Below are positions 36,951-45,262 of a DNA stretch of 64,000 nt, one piece after another. Both the position numbers and the translations under genes were made by a program. Origin of the DNA: an uncultured Candidatus Bathyarchaeia archaeon (GTDB taxonomy: Archaea; Thermoproteota; Bathyarchaeia; Bathyarchaeales; Bathycorpusculaceae); the NCBI GenBank assembly GCA_964558305.1, contig CAZLCE010000006.1, forward strand, positions 3,231 through 67,230, read 5' to 3'. The notes under the pieces were generated by a model. It ran no database searches and was not told the DNA's origin. It saw only the letters and a list, made by a program, of their open reading frames with translations. Every line of letters begins with the position of its first letter. Positions within the stretch are counted from its first letter, which is position 1.

Positions 36951-37949
36951 CTACTTTATTCTGTGGCATGCCACGTAATGTTCTTCTCCCACTTCGATAA
37001 GTTCTGGCTCTTCCTTTCTGCAAACTTCCTCGGCATTTGGGCATCTAGTGTGAAATCTACAGCCAGGAGGCGGATTTACAGGGCTTGGAATTTCTCCTTT
37101 AATTGTTAGTTTTATGCGTCGTGATTTTGGATCAGGTACAGGCACAGCAGATATGAGCGCTTTAGTGTAAGAGTGCAAGGGTTCATAAACAATATCCTCA
37201 GATGTTCCCATTTCCATTATTTTACCGAGGTACATTATGGCTATTCTATGGCACATGTGACGAGCCGTGGCTAGGTCATGAGTTATGTATAAAATCGAAA
37301 CGTTGAATTTCTCCACTAACTCTAAAAAGAGATTCAGTATTTCCGCTCTTATTGACACATCGAGCATTGATATTGGCTCGTCTGCAACTACGAATTCGGG
37401 ATTAAGTATGAAGGTTCTTGCTACGACAACTCTCTGTCTTTGTCCTCCGCTCAGCTCGTGGGGGTATCTGAGTAAAAATTCGTTTGGAGGAACTACCTTC
37501 ACGTCTTCAAGAGTTTTTATCACTCTTTCTTCTACTTCCTTCTCGCTGCTCAAAACCTTTTGAATGCGTAAGCCTTCTGCAATGATGTCCATGACGGTCT
37601 TTCTTGGGTTTAGGGATTCGTAAGGGTCTTGGAAAACTGTCTGCATTTTGCGCCGCAGTTGTTTCTGTTTCATTTGCTTTCTAGTGAGTTTAGTGATATC
37701 TTCGCCCTTGAAAAAAACTTTCCCACTTGTTGGGTCAATTATTTTAAGGACCAATCTTCCAGTGGTTGTCTTTCCGCTGCCACTTTCTCCAGCTAAACCA
37801 AAAATTTCTCTTGTTTTTATATCAAAGCTTACATCATCTACGGCTCGAACGAACGATTCTTTCTTTGAAAGTAAAGCTTGGAAAAAGCCTCTTCTAACGG
37901 GAAACCACTTTTTTAAGTTTAACACTTCTACTACTTTATTTTCAGACAT
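36951..37949 (-). CDS. oppF: Peptide/nickel (Opp/Dpp-type) ABC transporter ATP-binding protein
   Basis: 332 aa. Walker A GESGSGKTT, signature LSGGQRQR, Walker B VVADEP, and a C-terminal oligopeptide-transporter domain with PPPGCRFHTRCP. Confidence 0.9.
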   Translation of the reverse strand: MSENKVVEVLNLKKWFPVRRGFFQALLSKKESFVRAVDDVSFDIKTREIFGLAGESGSGKTTTGRLVLKIIDPTSGKVFFKGEDITKLTRKQMKQKQLRRKMQTVFQDPYESLNPRKTVMDIIAEGLRIQKVLSSEKEVEERVIKTLEDVKVVPPNEFLLRYPHELSGGQRQRVVVARTFILNPEFVVADEPISMLDVSIRAEILNLFLELVEKFNVSILYITHDLATARHMCHRIAIMYLGKIMEMGTSEDIVYEPLHSYTKALISAVPVPDPKSRRIKLTIKGEIPSPVNPPPGCRFHTRCPNAEEVCRKEEPELIEVGEEHYVACHRIK

Positions 37950-37969
37950 TTCGATTCTTCCATCTCAAA

Positions 37970-38971
37970 TCAACTATTCCCATACAAGTGGCATGCGACA
38001 AGATGCTCTTTTTCCTTCATCTTCGTTACAGCTGGCTCCTGTTCCTTGCAGATGGTTTTTGCGTAGGTGCATCTGGGATGGAATCTGCAACCTTTAGGCG
38101 GATCTAAGAGGTCTGGTGGAGACCCGGGGATCGAGTTCATTCGTGTTCTGGTTGATTTTATGTTTGGAAAAGCTTGAATTAACCCTTGCGTATAGGGATG
38201 CAGCGGTTCTTCAAATAAGTCTGAAACATCTGCGTATTCAACTATTTTTCCTGCATACATTATAGCAACTTTATCGCAAGTGTCAGCTATAATCGATAGG
38301 TCATGTGTTATCAAGATCACAGCCAAGTTCAGTTTTTTTCTCAAATCTTCCATTATACTTAGTACCTGAGCCTGAACAATAACGTCTAGTGCTGTTCCCG
38401 GTTCATCGGCGATTAAGAGTTCTGGATTACATGCTAAAGCCATTGCTATAAGCCCGCGTTGCCTCATGCCGCCGCTTAGCTCGTGAGGATAACTTTTTAT
38501 CCGTTTTCTTTCCATTCCTACTAATTCCAATAGTTCTTCGGCTCTGCTCGCGGCTTCTCTTCTGTTAAGTTTTGATTCATGAGCCAAAATAGCTTCTACG
38601 ATCTGATCTCCAAGGCTGTAAAGCGGGTCAAGCGCATTCATAGCGCCTTGAAACACTAAAGATATTTTCTTCCACCGAATTTTCCTCATCTCTTTTTCGG
38701 AAATTCTTGCAATGTCAAGGTCTTTTAAGAGGATCTTGCCGTCGGTTATTTTGCCTCGAGATGGAAGAATTTTCATGATAGATAACGCTACAGTAGTTTT
38801 GCCGCAGCCAGATTCACCTGCCAAACCCATGGCTTGTCCTTCTTTAACCTGAAAGTCGACGCCATCCACTGCTTTGACGGGGCCTCTTTTCGTGAAATAG
38901 TATGTTCTTAGGTTTTCGACGTTTAGAAGAGACATGTTCAAAAGTTGCCTTCTTGTAATGTATGTAAACAC
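37970..38971 (-). CDS. oppD: Peptide/nickel (Opp/Dpp-type) ABC transporter ATP-binding protein
   Basis: 333 aa. GESGCGKTT, LSGGMRQR, LIADEP, PKGCRFHPRC. The start may be the internal M (MSLLNVENL) at 38935. Confidence 0.9.
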   Translation of the reverse strand: MFTYITRRQLLNMSLLNVENLRTYYFTKRGPVKAVDGVDFQVKEGQAMGLAGESGCGKTTVALSIMKILPSRGKITDGKILLKDLDIARISEKEMRKIRWKKISLVFQGAMNALDPLYSLGDQIVEAILAHESKLNRREAASRAEELLELVGMERKRIKSYPHELSGGMRQRGLIAMALACNPELLIADEPGTALDVIVQAQVLSIMEDLRKKLNLAVILITHDLSIIADTCDKVAIMYAGKIVEYADVSDLFEEPLHPYTQGLIQAFPNIKSTRTRMNSIPGSPPDLLDPPKGCRFHPRCTYAKTICKEQEPAVTKMKEKEHLVACHLYGNS

Positions 38972-39073
38972 TTAGCTTGGGAGTTCATCCTTGATATAAA
39001 TCTTTTGAAAGACGTGAGGTATATTGTTTTGAAGAACCAATAAGGAATGCGTCAAAAAACGGTTAGATTAAAT

Positions 39074-40645
39074 TTAGATTCTTTCTCGAAGTTTTGGATT
39101 AAATACTTCATCCAAAGCATATCCGATGAAAATAAATGATATAGAAATGGCTGCTATGCATAAACCAGGCGGAAGGACCCACCACCATTTTTGAACGCCT
39201 CCGGGTGATATTAAAGCGTCATGAAGTATTCTTCCCCACGTCATGACTTCAAAGGGATAAAGTCCTAAAAAGCTTAGGTATGCCTCTGAATAAATTGCTG
39301 CGGGTGCTGACATGGCTAATGTAACATATACCAAATTCATAACATTTGGGGTTAGAACACTGAAGATGATGTAAAGCTCGCTTCCTCCAAGAATCCTTGA
39401 CGCATCGACAAAGGGTCTTTCCTTAAGGCTGAGAACCTGAGACCTCACTATTCTGGCGAACCCCATCCACCCGAGGAGAGAAATCATTACAATGATAATC
39501 CATAATGATGGCCCCGTGACTGCTACGAATACTAAGAGCAGGGGAAGCTCTGGTATTACAAGAAAGGTGTCAGTTATCCTCATCATTATTTCATCTATAA
39601 TTCCACCAAAATATCCTGAAACCATTCCGACGAACAAGCCTATAGTCGTGGATAGAAAGGCTCCGAGGAATCCCACAAGGAGGGATATTCTTGTTCCATA
39701 TAATAGCTGAGAAAATATGTCCCGTGCAAATTTGTCGGTTCCAAGTAGACCGAAGGTTTCGCCATAAAGTTTCAAGTCGAGGTCGTCTAAATAAACCGTG
39801 ACGTTCGATACATTTTCGCCAAACAGTGCTTCAACACCGAATGTGTAATTGGTCGGTTTAGAAAATACTTTTCTGTCTATATCCAAGATGTCAGAATCTA
39901 TAAGATTAAGATACCATGGTGGGGGGCCAGTCCTCATCGTTGGTTTGATCCATTTTCCAATGGGGTAGATTCCGCCTGTCGTTTTGAGGCCCTCAGCAGG
40001 GGACCATAGTGTTTTTGGTTCGCCCTCAGCCTGTTTGATGAAAACTGTAATGTTAAGGTCAGCTAGCTTAATAGTAATGTTTTGTGGGGCGTCAACCTTA
40101 ACATATATCTTTCCGACCCACTTGCTAGGCGGATTTGAATAGGGATAGGTGAATTCCTTAGCCAGAACCGCTTCTGCTTTCTCTTTTTGCGCAATTTCAT
40201 CTTGCCTTAAGCATATAGCAATGCAGCCTGGACCACTGCTGGGACTTCCCTCATTAGATAAATACTCTAGCGAAATGTATTGACTTGATGCGTTTGTTGT
40301 GAATCCCCACTGCTCCAACGAAACATTAGTCGAGAAGCTTGGGTCTTGAATAGGATTGACGTTTTCACTTAGATTTCCATAACCAGGCAGGTACCTAATC
40401 CATGAAGGGAGGGCGAGGGGACTAGCTGTTATTTCGGTAGGGATTGCTAAAGGGTCGTATGGCGTCAGCAAAGGCGCGGCAAGAGCTATTACAATGAATG
40501 CAGCAAGAATAGCGATGCCTAGTACTCCTCTTTTGCTTTGCATAATAATTCTTAAAACCTTGAGGAAATCTCTAAAGCGGGGTGCAATTTTTGATTTATA
40601 CGAAGCGGACATGGGTATCTCATCCATATTTAATTCGTGGATCAA
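39074..40645 (-). CDS. oppC: Opp/Dpp-type ABC transporter permease (OppC-like) with a large extracytoplasmic insertion after TM1
   Basis: 523 aa. It has TM1, then about 235 residues before the conserved LLGTDKFARDIFSQLLYGTRISL box, whereas I recall a much shorter segment in typical OppC/DppC. The start may be 40627 or 40612. Confidence 0.85.
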   Translation of the reverse strand: MIHELNMDEIPMSASYKSKIAPRFRDFLKVLRIIMQSKRGVLGIAILAAFIVIALAAPLLTPYDPLAIPTEITASPLALPSWIRYLPGYGNLSENVNPIQDPSFSTNVSLEQWGFTTNASSQYISLEYLSNEGSPSSGPGCIAICLRQDEIAQKEKAEAVLAKEFTYPYSNPPSKWVGKIYVKVDAPQNITIKLADLNITVFIKQAEGEPKTLWSPAEGLKTTGGIYPIGKWIKPTMRTGPPPWYLNLIDSDILDIDRKVFSKPTNYTFGVEALFGENVSNVTVYLDDLDLKLYGETFGLLGTDKFARDIFSQLLYGTRISLLVGFLGAFLSTTIGLFVGMVSGYFGGIIDEIMMRITDTFLVIPELPLLLVFVAVTGPSLWIIIVMISLLGWMGFARIVRSQVLSLKERPFVDASRILGGSELYIIFSVLTPNVMNLVYVTLAMSAPAAIYSEAYLSFLGLYPFEVMTWGRILHDALISPGGVQKWWWVLPPGLCIAAISISFIFIGYALDEVFNPKLRERI

Positions 40646-41624
40646 CAGCTCCGTAAATCATGTCAACTAAGAAATTGGCGGCAATGACGCAAAGACTCAC
40701 AATGTAAAAGATCGCTTGTAAAGCGGGGTAATCCCATTCTTCAATCGATGTCCAAATCCACATTCCTAATCCTGGATATGTGAAAATTGTTTCGGTGACT
40801 AACGCTCCTGAGAGGGTGAAGGCAAAGGCTATGGCTACTTGTGTTATTATTGGTAGCGACGCGTTTTTTAGTGCGTGTTTAAAAAGTATCTTAAAATTAC
40901 TTAGTCCTTTTGCTTTTAGGGTAATTAGATAGTCCTCACTTAAGACCTCCAGCATTGACGCCCTTGTCAAAAGAACATATCCTCCAATAGTGATTATTAC
41001 TAATGTCAAGGCTGGCAAGAAAAGATACTGCAAGCGAATCGCAAATTCTATTAGAAAATTATCGGGTTTGCCATGAATAGCCCACTCCGGGGGATATGAA
41101 TGACCTAATGGAAACCAGCCTAAGTTGTAGGAGAATATTAAGAGCAAAAGCATTCCTATCCAAAAAACCGGCAGTCCCTGCGTCACTACCGAAAACATTG
41201 AAAAAAAGGTGTCTGCAATTTTTCCTCTTTTGTAAGCCGCTACCACTCCAAGAATCAATCCCATTACAACAGCTATAACTTCTGCAGTGATGCACATTGA
41301 AAGGGTATTTGAAAGACGTGAAAACATTTCCTCGGATATAGCTTCTCCTGTGCGATAAGAATAACCAAACTGAAAAGTCAACAAATTCTGGAGATATTTC
41401 AAATATCTTACATATATCGGCTCCAATAGTCCAAAGCGTACTTTGAGTTCCTCAATTTGTCCAGGACGAAGTCTCTTTTCGGATGCTAACATTTCTACTG
41501 GGCTTCTAACCATAAAGATGGCGAAATTAATTGTAATTACAATAAAGACTAGGACGATGGAATAAACAGCTCTCTTAACAACATACCCTCGTAGACCCAT
41601 ACTTGCCCTCTCGCTTTTATTCAC
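40620..41624 (-). CDS. oppB: Opp/Dpp-type ABC transporter permease (OppB-like)
   Basis: 334 aa. YVVKRAVYSIVLVFIVITINF N-terminus, an EAA-like loop (LEVLSEDYLITLKAKGLS), and 6 TM segments. Confidence 0.9.
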   Translation of the reverse strand: MNKSERASMGLRGYVVKRAVYSIVLVFIVITINFAIFMVRSPVEMLASEKRLRPGQIEELKVRFGLLEPIYVRYLKYLQNLLTFQFGYSYRTGEAISEEMFSRLSNTLSMCITAEVIAVVMGLILGVVAAYKRGKIADTFFSMFSVVTQGLPVFWIGMLLLLIFSYNLGWFPLGHSYPPEWAIHGKPDNFLIEFAIRLQYLFLPALTLVIITIGGYVLLTRASMLEVLSEDYLITLKAKGLSNFKILFKHALKNASLPIITQVAIAFAFTLSGALVTETIFTYPGLGMWIWTSIEEWDYPALQAIFYIVSLCVIAANFLVDMIYGAVDPRIKYG

Positions 41625-41733
41625 GAGGCATTTATTTATGTTTTTTGCGTACGACGAAGTTCTCCATATAATTTATGATTCAAGTGCAAACATCAAAATT
41701 CTCTCTCTTAGCAGTGTAGAAGATATTTCCATA

Positions 41734-41743
41734 AAGTTTAAAT
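41734..41743 (+). promoter_or_regulatory. Putative TATA element AAGTTTAAAT upstream of the SBP-dockerin gene
   Basis: It lies about 46 nt before ATG 41789, with GAGAGGAGAG (SD-like) in between. It sits in the divergent oppB/oppA intergenic region. Confidence 0.35.
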
Positions 41744-41788
41744 CAACATTTAAAGCCTAGTGTAATAGCGAGAGGAGAGAGAATTAAA

Positions 41789-44074
41789 ATGGACATAAAT
41801 TCTAAAGGCTTCAAAAAGATGATAATGACCTCAGCATTGCTACTTCTGATGCTAGATTTAACTTTCGTTTCAGGTCAAGCTGGTGGAGGTTCTGGAGGAT
41901 ATGAAAAGTGGGGGCCAAGAACTAATTACTTACAGTGTATAATCTATACGAATTATGAGACTGAGGCTACGGCTTTTCGTAATGGGCTTATTGACATTAT
42001 GGATTGGCCTTTAGACTATGATACATATATGTCTATAAAAGATGATCCTGCCTTCATTAAAGAAACACTTACAATGTATGATTGCTATGACATCGATATA
42101 AACTGTTTAAGATGGCCAACAAGCGATTACCGCTTTAGACAAGCTATCGCTTATTTAATTGACTACTCAACGTTTTATACTAATATTTTGAGGGCTTTCG
42201 CTGGCGAGTTGATGGACAATATTATATGGTCGCAATGGGTCAAGTGGTATAATCCGGGTGCCCCGAAGTATTGGTATGATAATGCTACAGCCTTATCAAT
42301 ACTTGCTGAAGCAGGTTACCAAAATTGGGACGGCGATCCACAACTGGAATGGAAAGCGCCGAATAATACAATTTACCAATTGCCCAACTTGGAATTTTAT
42401 GCAAGAGAGGATGATCCTCTTCGAGCGGCTTTAGGAACGATGTTAAACGCACAGTTAAACGCTATAGGCATTCCCACAACTTTCTCAGTAGCATCACGTA
42501 ACATTTGTTGGAACCACGCATACAAATTTTATACCTATCACTTATATACAGCGGGAATGGGTCCATTCCCAGACCCGCAATTCTTGTATGACTACTATCA
42601 CAGTAAATATGCTACGCCAGACATCGCTTGGTGCATGAACAATGTGTTCTTCATGAACGATACTTACGATTATTGGGTTGAACAACTCAAGTTTGCAGCT
42701 AATGACACTACGGCAGTACAAGCATGCAAAAACGCTCAAGAAATATTTATGGACCAAATACCCCTAATCCCAGTTTACCATTCAGCCGGCAAAAAAGCTT
42801 ACAAAGCTACATATGGGCATCACACTGGTGAGGAGGCATACTGGGATATGCCTTGGAACGGCGTTGTAAACTCGATAATACCAACAGTAGATTCTGGCAT
42901 TAACGATTATTGGACCCTCTTGAATGCGCATCCTGGAAGCGTTCAGAAAGGCGGTGTATTACGATACGGATGGCTATCCGACGCAGATCATGTAAATCCC
43001 GTGACGGTATACTCTATCTGGGACTCTTACCTGCTGGAAGAGCTTTACAGCACAATGATTATGCGCGATCCTTTCACGGGAGCCAGAGTTCCATGGCTTG
43101 CAAAAGATTGGACTGTTGGAACATGGAATTATGGAGGAAAAAATGCAACAAAATTAACGATGCGCCTTCATGAAAACCTCAAATGGTCTGATGGTACACC
43201 ACTCAATTCAACTGACGTAGCATTCACCATGAAATACATGTATGATACTTCTTCACCTTCCTACTACCCCTACATGGAGATGATTGACGGCATAAATACA
43301 ACAACTCCACATATTGAAACGCCAGATGCCACCACAGTTGTCATCTACTATACTGTTGAATCAGTATGGGCTCTCGAATGGGCGGGAGATACACCAATAA
43401 TACCCAAGCATGTATGGGAAACAGTACCACCCAAACAATGCGACCAGAAAGGCGAATTTACAACGACAGGCAACCTAACATGCTCAGGACCATACCTAAT
43501 CGACAGTTACGTGAGAGGCGAATGGTGGCTCCTAAGAGCAAACCCCTACTTCTTTAGATATTCACCCCCACATGATCTATCCCTAACAGACATGGGAAGC
43601 CAAAAAACAATCGTTTGCCAAGGATACGGCTTAAACGTAACCTTGACCTGCGCAAATATCGGATACTTCACAGAATCAGCAACAATAGAAGTCTTTGCAA
43701 ACGGAACCTCTGCCGGCACTATGTCGGGAATAACAGTGACAACTGCAACACCATGTACAATAACGTTCACTTGGGACACTTCTGGCTTTGCTAAGGGCAA
43801 CTACAACATAAGCGCCCTTATTTGGCCTGTTCTAGGCGAAATAGACACTGCCGACAACAATTTCACTGATGTTTGGATTTCTGTCGCTATAGTTGGTGAT
43901 GTTAACGCTGATAAGAAGGTTGATATGGTAGACCTTTGGGAAGTTGCTAGGCATTTTGGCATTGACTATCCGGACCCAAGATACGTGCCCAACTTTGACA
44001 TAGACAACAACGGCAAAACAGACATGATAGACCTCTGGACAACAGCCAAAGAATACGGCAAAATAGACCCATAA
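41789..44074 (+). CDS. oppA: Family-5 (peptide/nickel) ABC substrate-binding protein fused to C-terminal CARDB-like and dockerin-like modules
   Basis: 761 aa. Signal/anchor MIMTSALLLLMLDLTFVSG. SBP_bac_5-like core about 550 aa. CARDB-like segment (NVTLTCANIGYF..FTWDTSGFAKGNYNISA..GEIDTADNNF). Two dockerin-type Ca-binding loops (DVNADKKVDMVD, DIDNNGKTDMID). Confidence 0.85.
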   Translation: MDINSKGFKKMIMTSALLLLMLDLTFVSGQAGGGSGGYEKWGPRTNYLQCIIYTNYETEATAFRNGLIDIMDWPLDYDTYMSIKDDPAFIKETLTMYDCYDIDINCLRWPTSDYRFRQAIAYLIDYSTFYTNILRAFAGELMDNIIWSQWVKWYNPGAPKYWYDNATALSILAEAGYQNWDGDPQLEWKAPNNTIYQLPNLEFYAREDDPLRAALGTMLNAQLNAIGIPTTFSVASRNICWNHAYKFYTYHLYTAGMGPFPDPQFLYDYYHSKYATPDIAWCMNNVFFMNDTYDYWVEQLKFAANDTTAVQACKNAQEIFMDQIPLIPVYHSAGKKAYKATYGHHTGEEAYWDMPWNGVVNSIIPTVDSGINDYWTLLNAHPGSVQKGGVLRYGWLSDADHVNPVTVYSIWDSYLLEELYSTMIMRDPFTGARVPWLAKDWTVGTWNYGGKNATKLTMRLHENLKWSDGTPLNSTDVAFTMKYMYDTSSPSYYPYMEMIDGINTTTPHIETPDATTVVIYYTVESVWALEWAGDTPIIPKHVWETVPPKQCDQKGEFTTTGNLTCSGPYLIDSYVRGEWWLLRANPYFFRYSPPHDLSLTDMGSQKTIVCQGYGLNVTLTCANIGYFTESATIEVFANGTSAGTMSGITVTTATPCTITFTWDTSGFAKGNYNISALIWPVLGEIDTADNNFTDVWISVAIVGDVNADKKVDMVDLWEVARHFGIDYPDPRYVPNFDIDNNGKTDMIDLWTTAKEYGKIDP

Positions 44075-44086
44075 ACCCACCTTTTT
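43873..44086 (+). repeat. 214-bp perfect direct repeat, copy 1 (dockerin coding sequence + stop + oligo-T)
   Basis: By base-by-base comparison it is identical to 61273-61486 (offset exactly 17,400 bp). The 102 bp upstream (43771-43872 vs 61171-61272) show 18 mismatches and no indels. Confidence 0.95.
43895..44071 (+). other. Dockerin-like module (two EF-hand-like 12-residue loops, each followed by a helix)
   Basis: GDVNADKKVDMVDLWEVARHFG..FDIDNNGKTDMIDLWTTAKEYG matches the dockerin type I repeat consensus D-x-N/D-x-D/N-G/K-x-(V/I/T)-D-x-x-D. Confidence 0.75.
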
Positions 44087-44087
44087 T
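44082..44087 (+). terminator. Oligo-T tract (T6) 8 nt after the stop codon; putative archaeal terminator
   Basis: TAAACCCACCTTTTTTC directly after the CDS. Archaeal RNA polymerase terminates at oligo-T runs. Confidence 0.35.
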
Positions 44088-44329
44088 CTGCGTAAGCGGG
44101 AATTATATTTTCGAAGTCACCTTTGTCCAGACTGCTATACCAGAAGGACGAAGAGCTAACTATTAGTAAGGATATTGGGAGATATAGCATTCTATGTAAT
44201 TCTTTTTATATTCTTCTCGGTCTCTAAAGAATCAGTCTGAAATCAATTGTTACTTACAACAACTTTTAAATGAAGGTCTATCTTATTTTGCGTAAGCATC
44301 CGCTTACATGTTGCTAGGAGATTAGAAGC

Positions 44330-44656
44330 TTGGAAATAAGTCGAAAGAAACTGCGAGAAGAGGTTCTTGAAAGAATCAAATACGTCAAAACATGCGTTTT
44401 GGCTAGAGAAATCTGCCTGCTTGTTCGTACGAACAGGGCTGTTCTAGACCCGAAAGATGTGCAGGAAATATGCTTGTCCATATCTAAACTTTGCAAAGAA
44501 GAAGGCTGTCAAGAAGCAAGCGACATATGTCAAAAAGCTACAGAAGCAATAGGCTCTGGAGACGAAGCCAAATACCTTGATTTATGCGCCCAGAGTTGTA
44601 TGAAATGTGGAGAAGCTAGAAGACCAACACCTAAAAAATCCACATATGTAGCCTAA
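44330..44656 (+). CDS. Cysteine-rich helical protein (possibly a DUF326-like four-helix-bundle metal-binding protein)
   Basis: 108 aa with a TTG start. Has 10 Cys in spaced pairs (CQEASDIC, CAQSCMKC). Both the gene call and the function are tentative. Confidence 0.4.
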   Translation: MEISRKKLREEVLERIKYVKTCVLAREICLLVRTNRAVLDPKDVQEICLSISKLCKEEGCQEASDICQKATEAIGSGDEAKYLDLCAQSCMKCGEARRPTPKKSTYVA

Positions 44657-44785
44657 AATGTAGAAAATCTTTAAAAGAACAAGATTATTGGTTAAGTCAA
44701 TTAGGTAATAAGTTTACTTTAAACGGGGGCTCATGAACTGTTCATCGCACCTTACGTTCCAAGTCCACCGCAAGTAATACGTCAA

Positions 44786-45214
44786 ATGCTAATCCTAGCT
44801 GAATTGAAACCAAGAGAAGTTTTCTTTGATCTGGGCGCTGGAGACGGCAGAGCGGTAATGATGGCTGCAAAAGATTTTGGTGCAAGAGCAGTAGGCGTAG
44901 AATTAAGGGAAGACCTTGTAAAAAAGGCGTTAGGCTCCGTCTATGAGCAAGGACTGCAAGACAGAGTAACAATAGTGAACGGCGATATGTTTTCTGTTGA
45001 CTTAAGCTCGGCTGACGTGGTTTTTCTGTACTTGACAACTAGTGCAAACGAAAAGATCAAGCCCAAACTTGAGACTGAACTTAAAAATGGAGTGCGCGTC
45101 GTTTCCCATGATTATGAAATTGTCGGGTGGAAACCTGTTAAGGTTGATAATTTCTGCGAAAACCAGACATTGGGATATCCTTCGCATACGATTTATTTAT
45201 ACAAGAAAGTTTAG
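44786..45214 (+). CDS. Class I SAM-dependent methyltransferase (small, single domain)
   Basis: SAM motif I VFFDLGAGDGR and motif II-like ADVVFLY. The conserved N-terminal PYVPSPPQVIRQ segment lies in frame upstream of the ATG (open from 44723) with no canonical start codon. Confidence 0.75.
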   Translation: MLILAELKPREVFFDLGAGDGRAVMMAAKDFGARAVGVELREDLVKKALGSVYEQGLQDRVTIVNGDMFSVDLSSADVVFLYLTTSANEKIKPKLETELKNGVRVVSHDYEIVGWKPVKVDNFCENQTLGYPSHTIYLYKKV

Positions 45215-45262
45215 CCTTCAACTAGCGAAAGTATTCTGCAAATAGTTTTTATAGGTTAGATA

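Noticed and set aside
43832-44080. An 82-aa antisense ORF, with a near-identical twin at 61232-61480.
   Set aside because: Both lie antisense within the dockerin coding sequence and are near-identical only because the DNA repeat is. The sense frame has clear dockerin motifs, so these are shadow ORFs.
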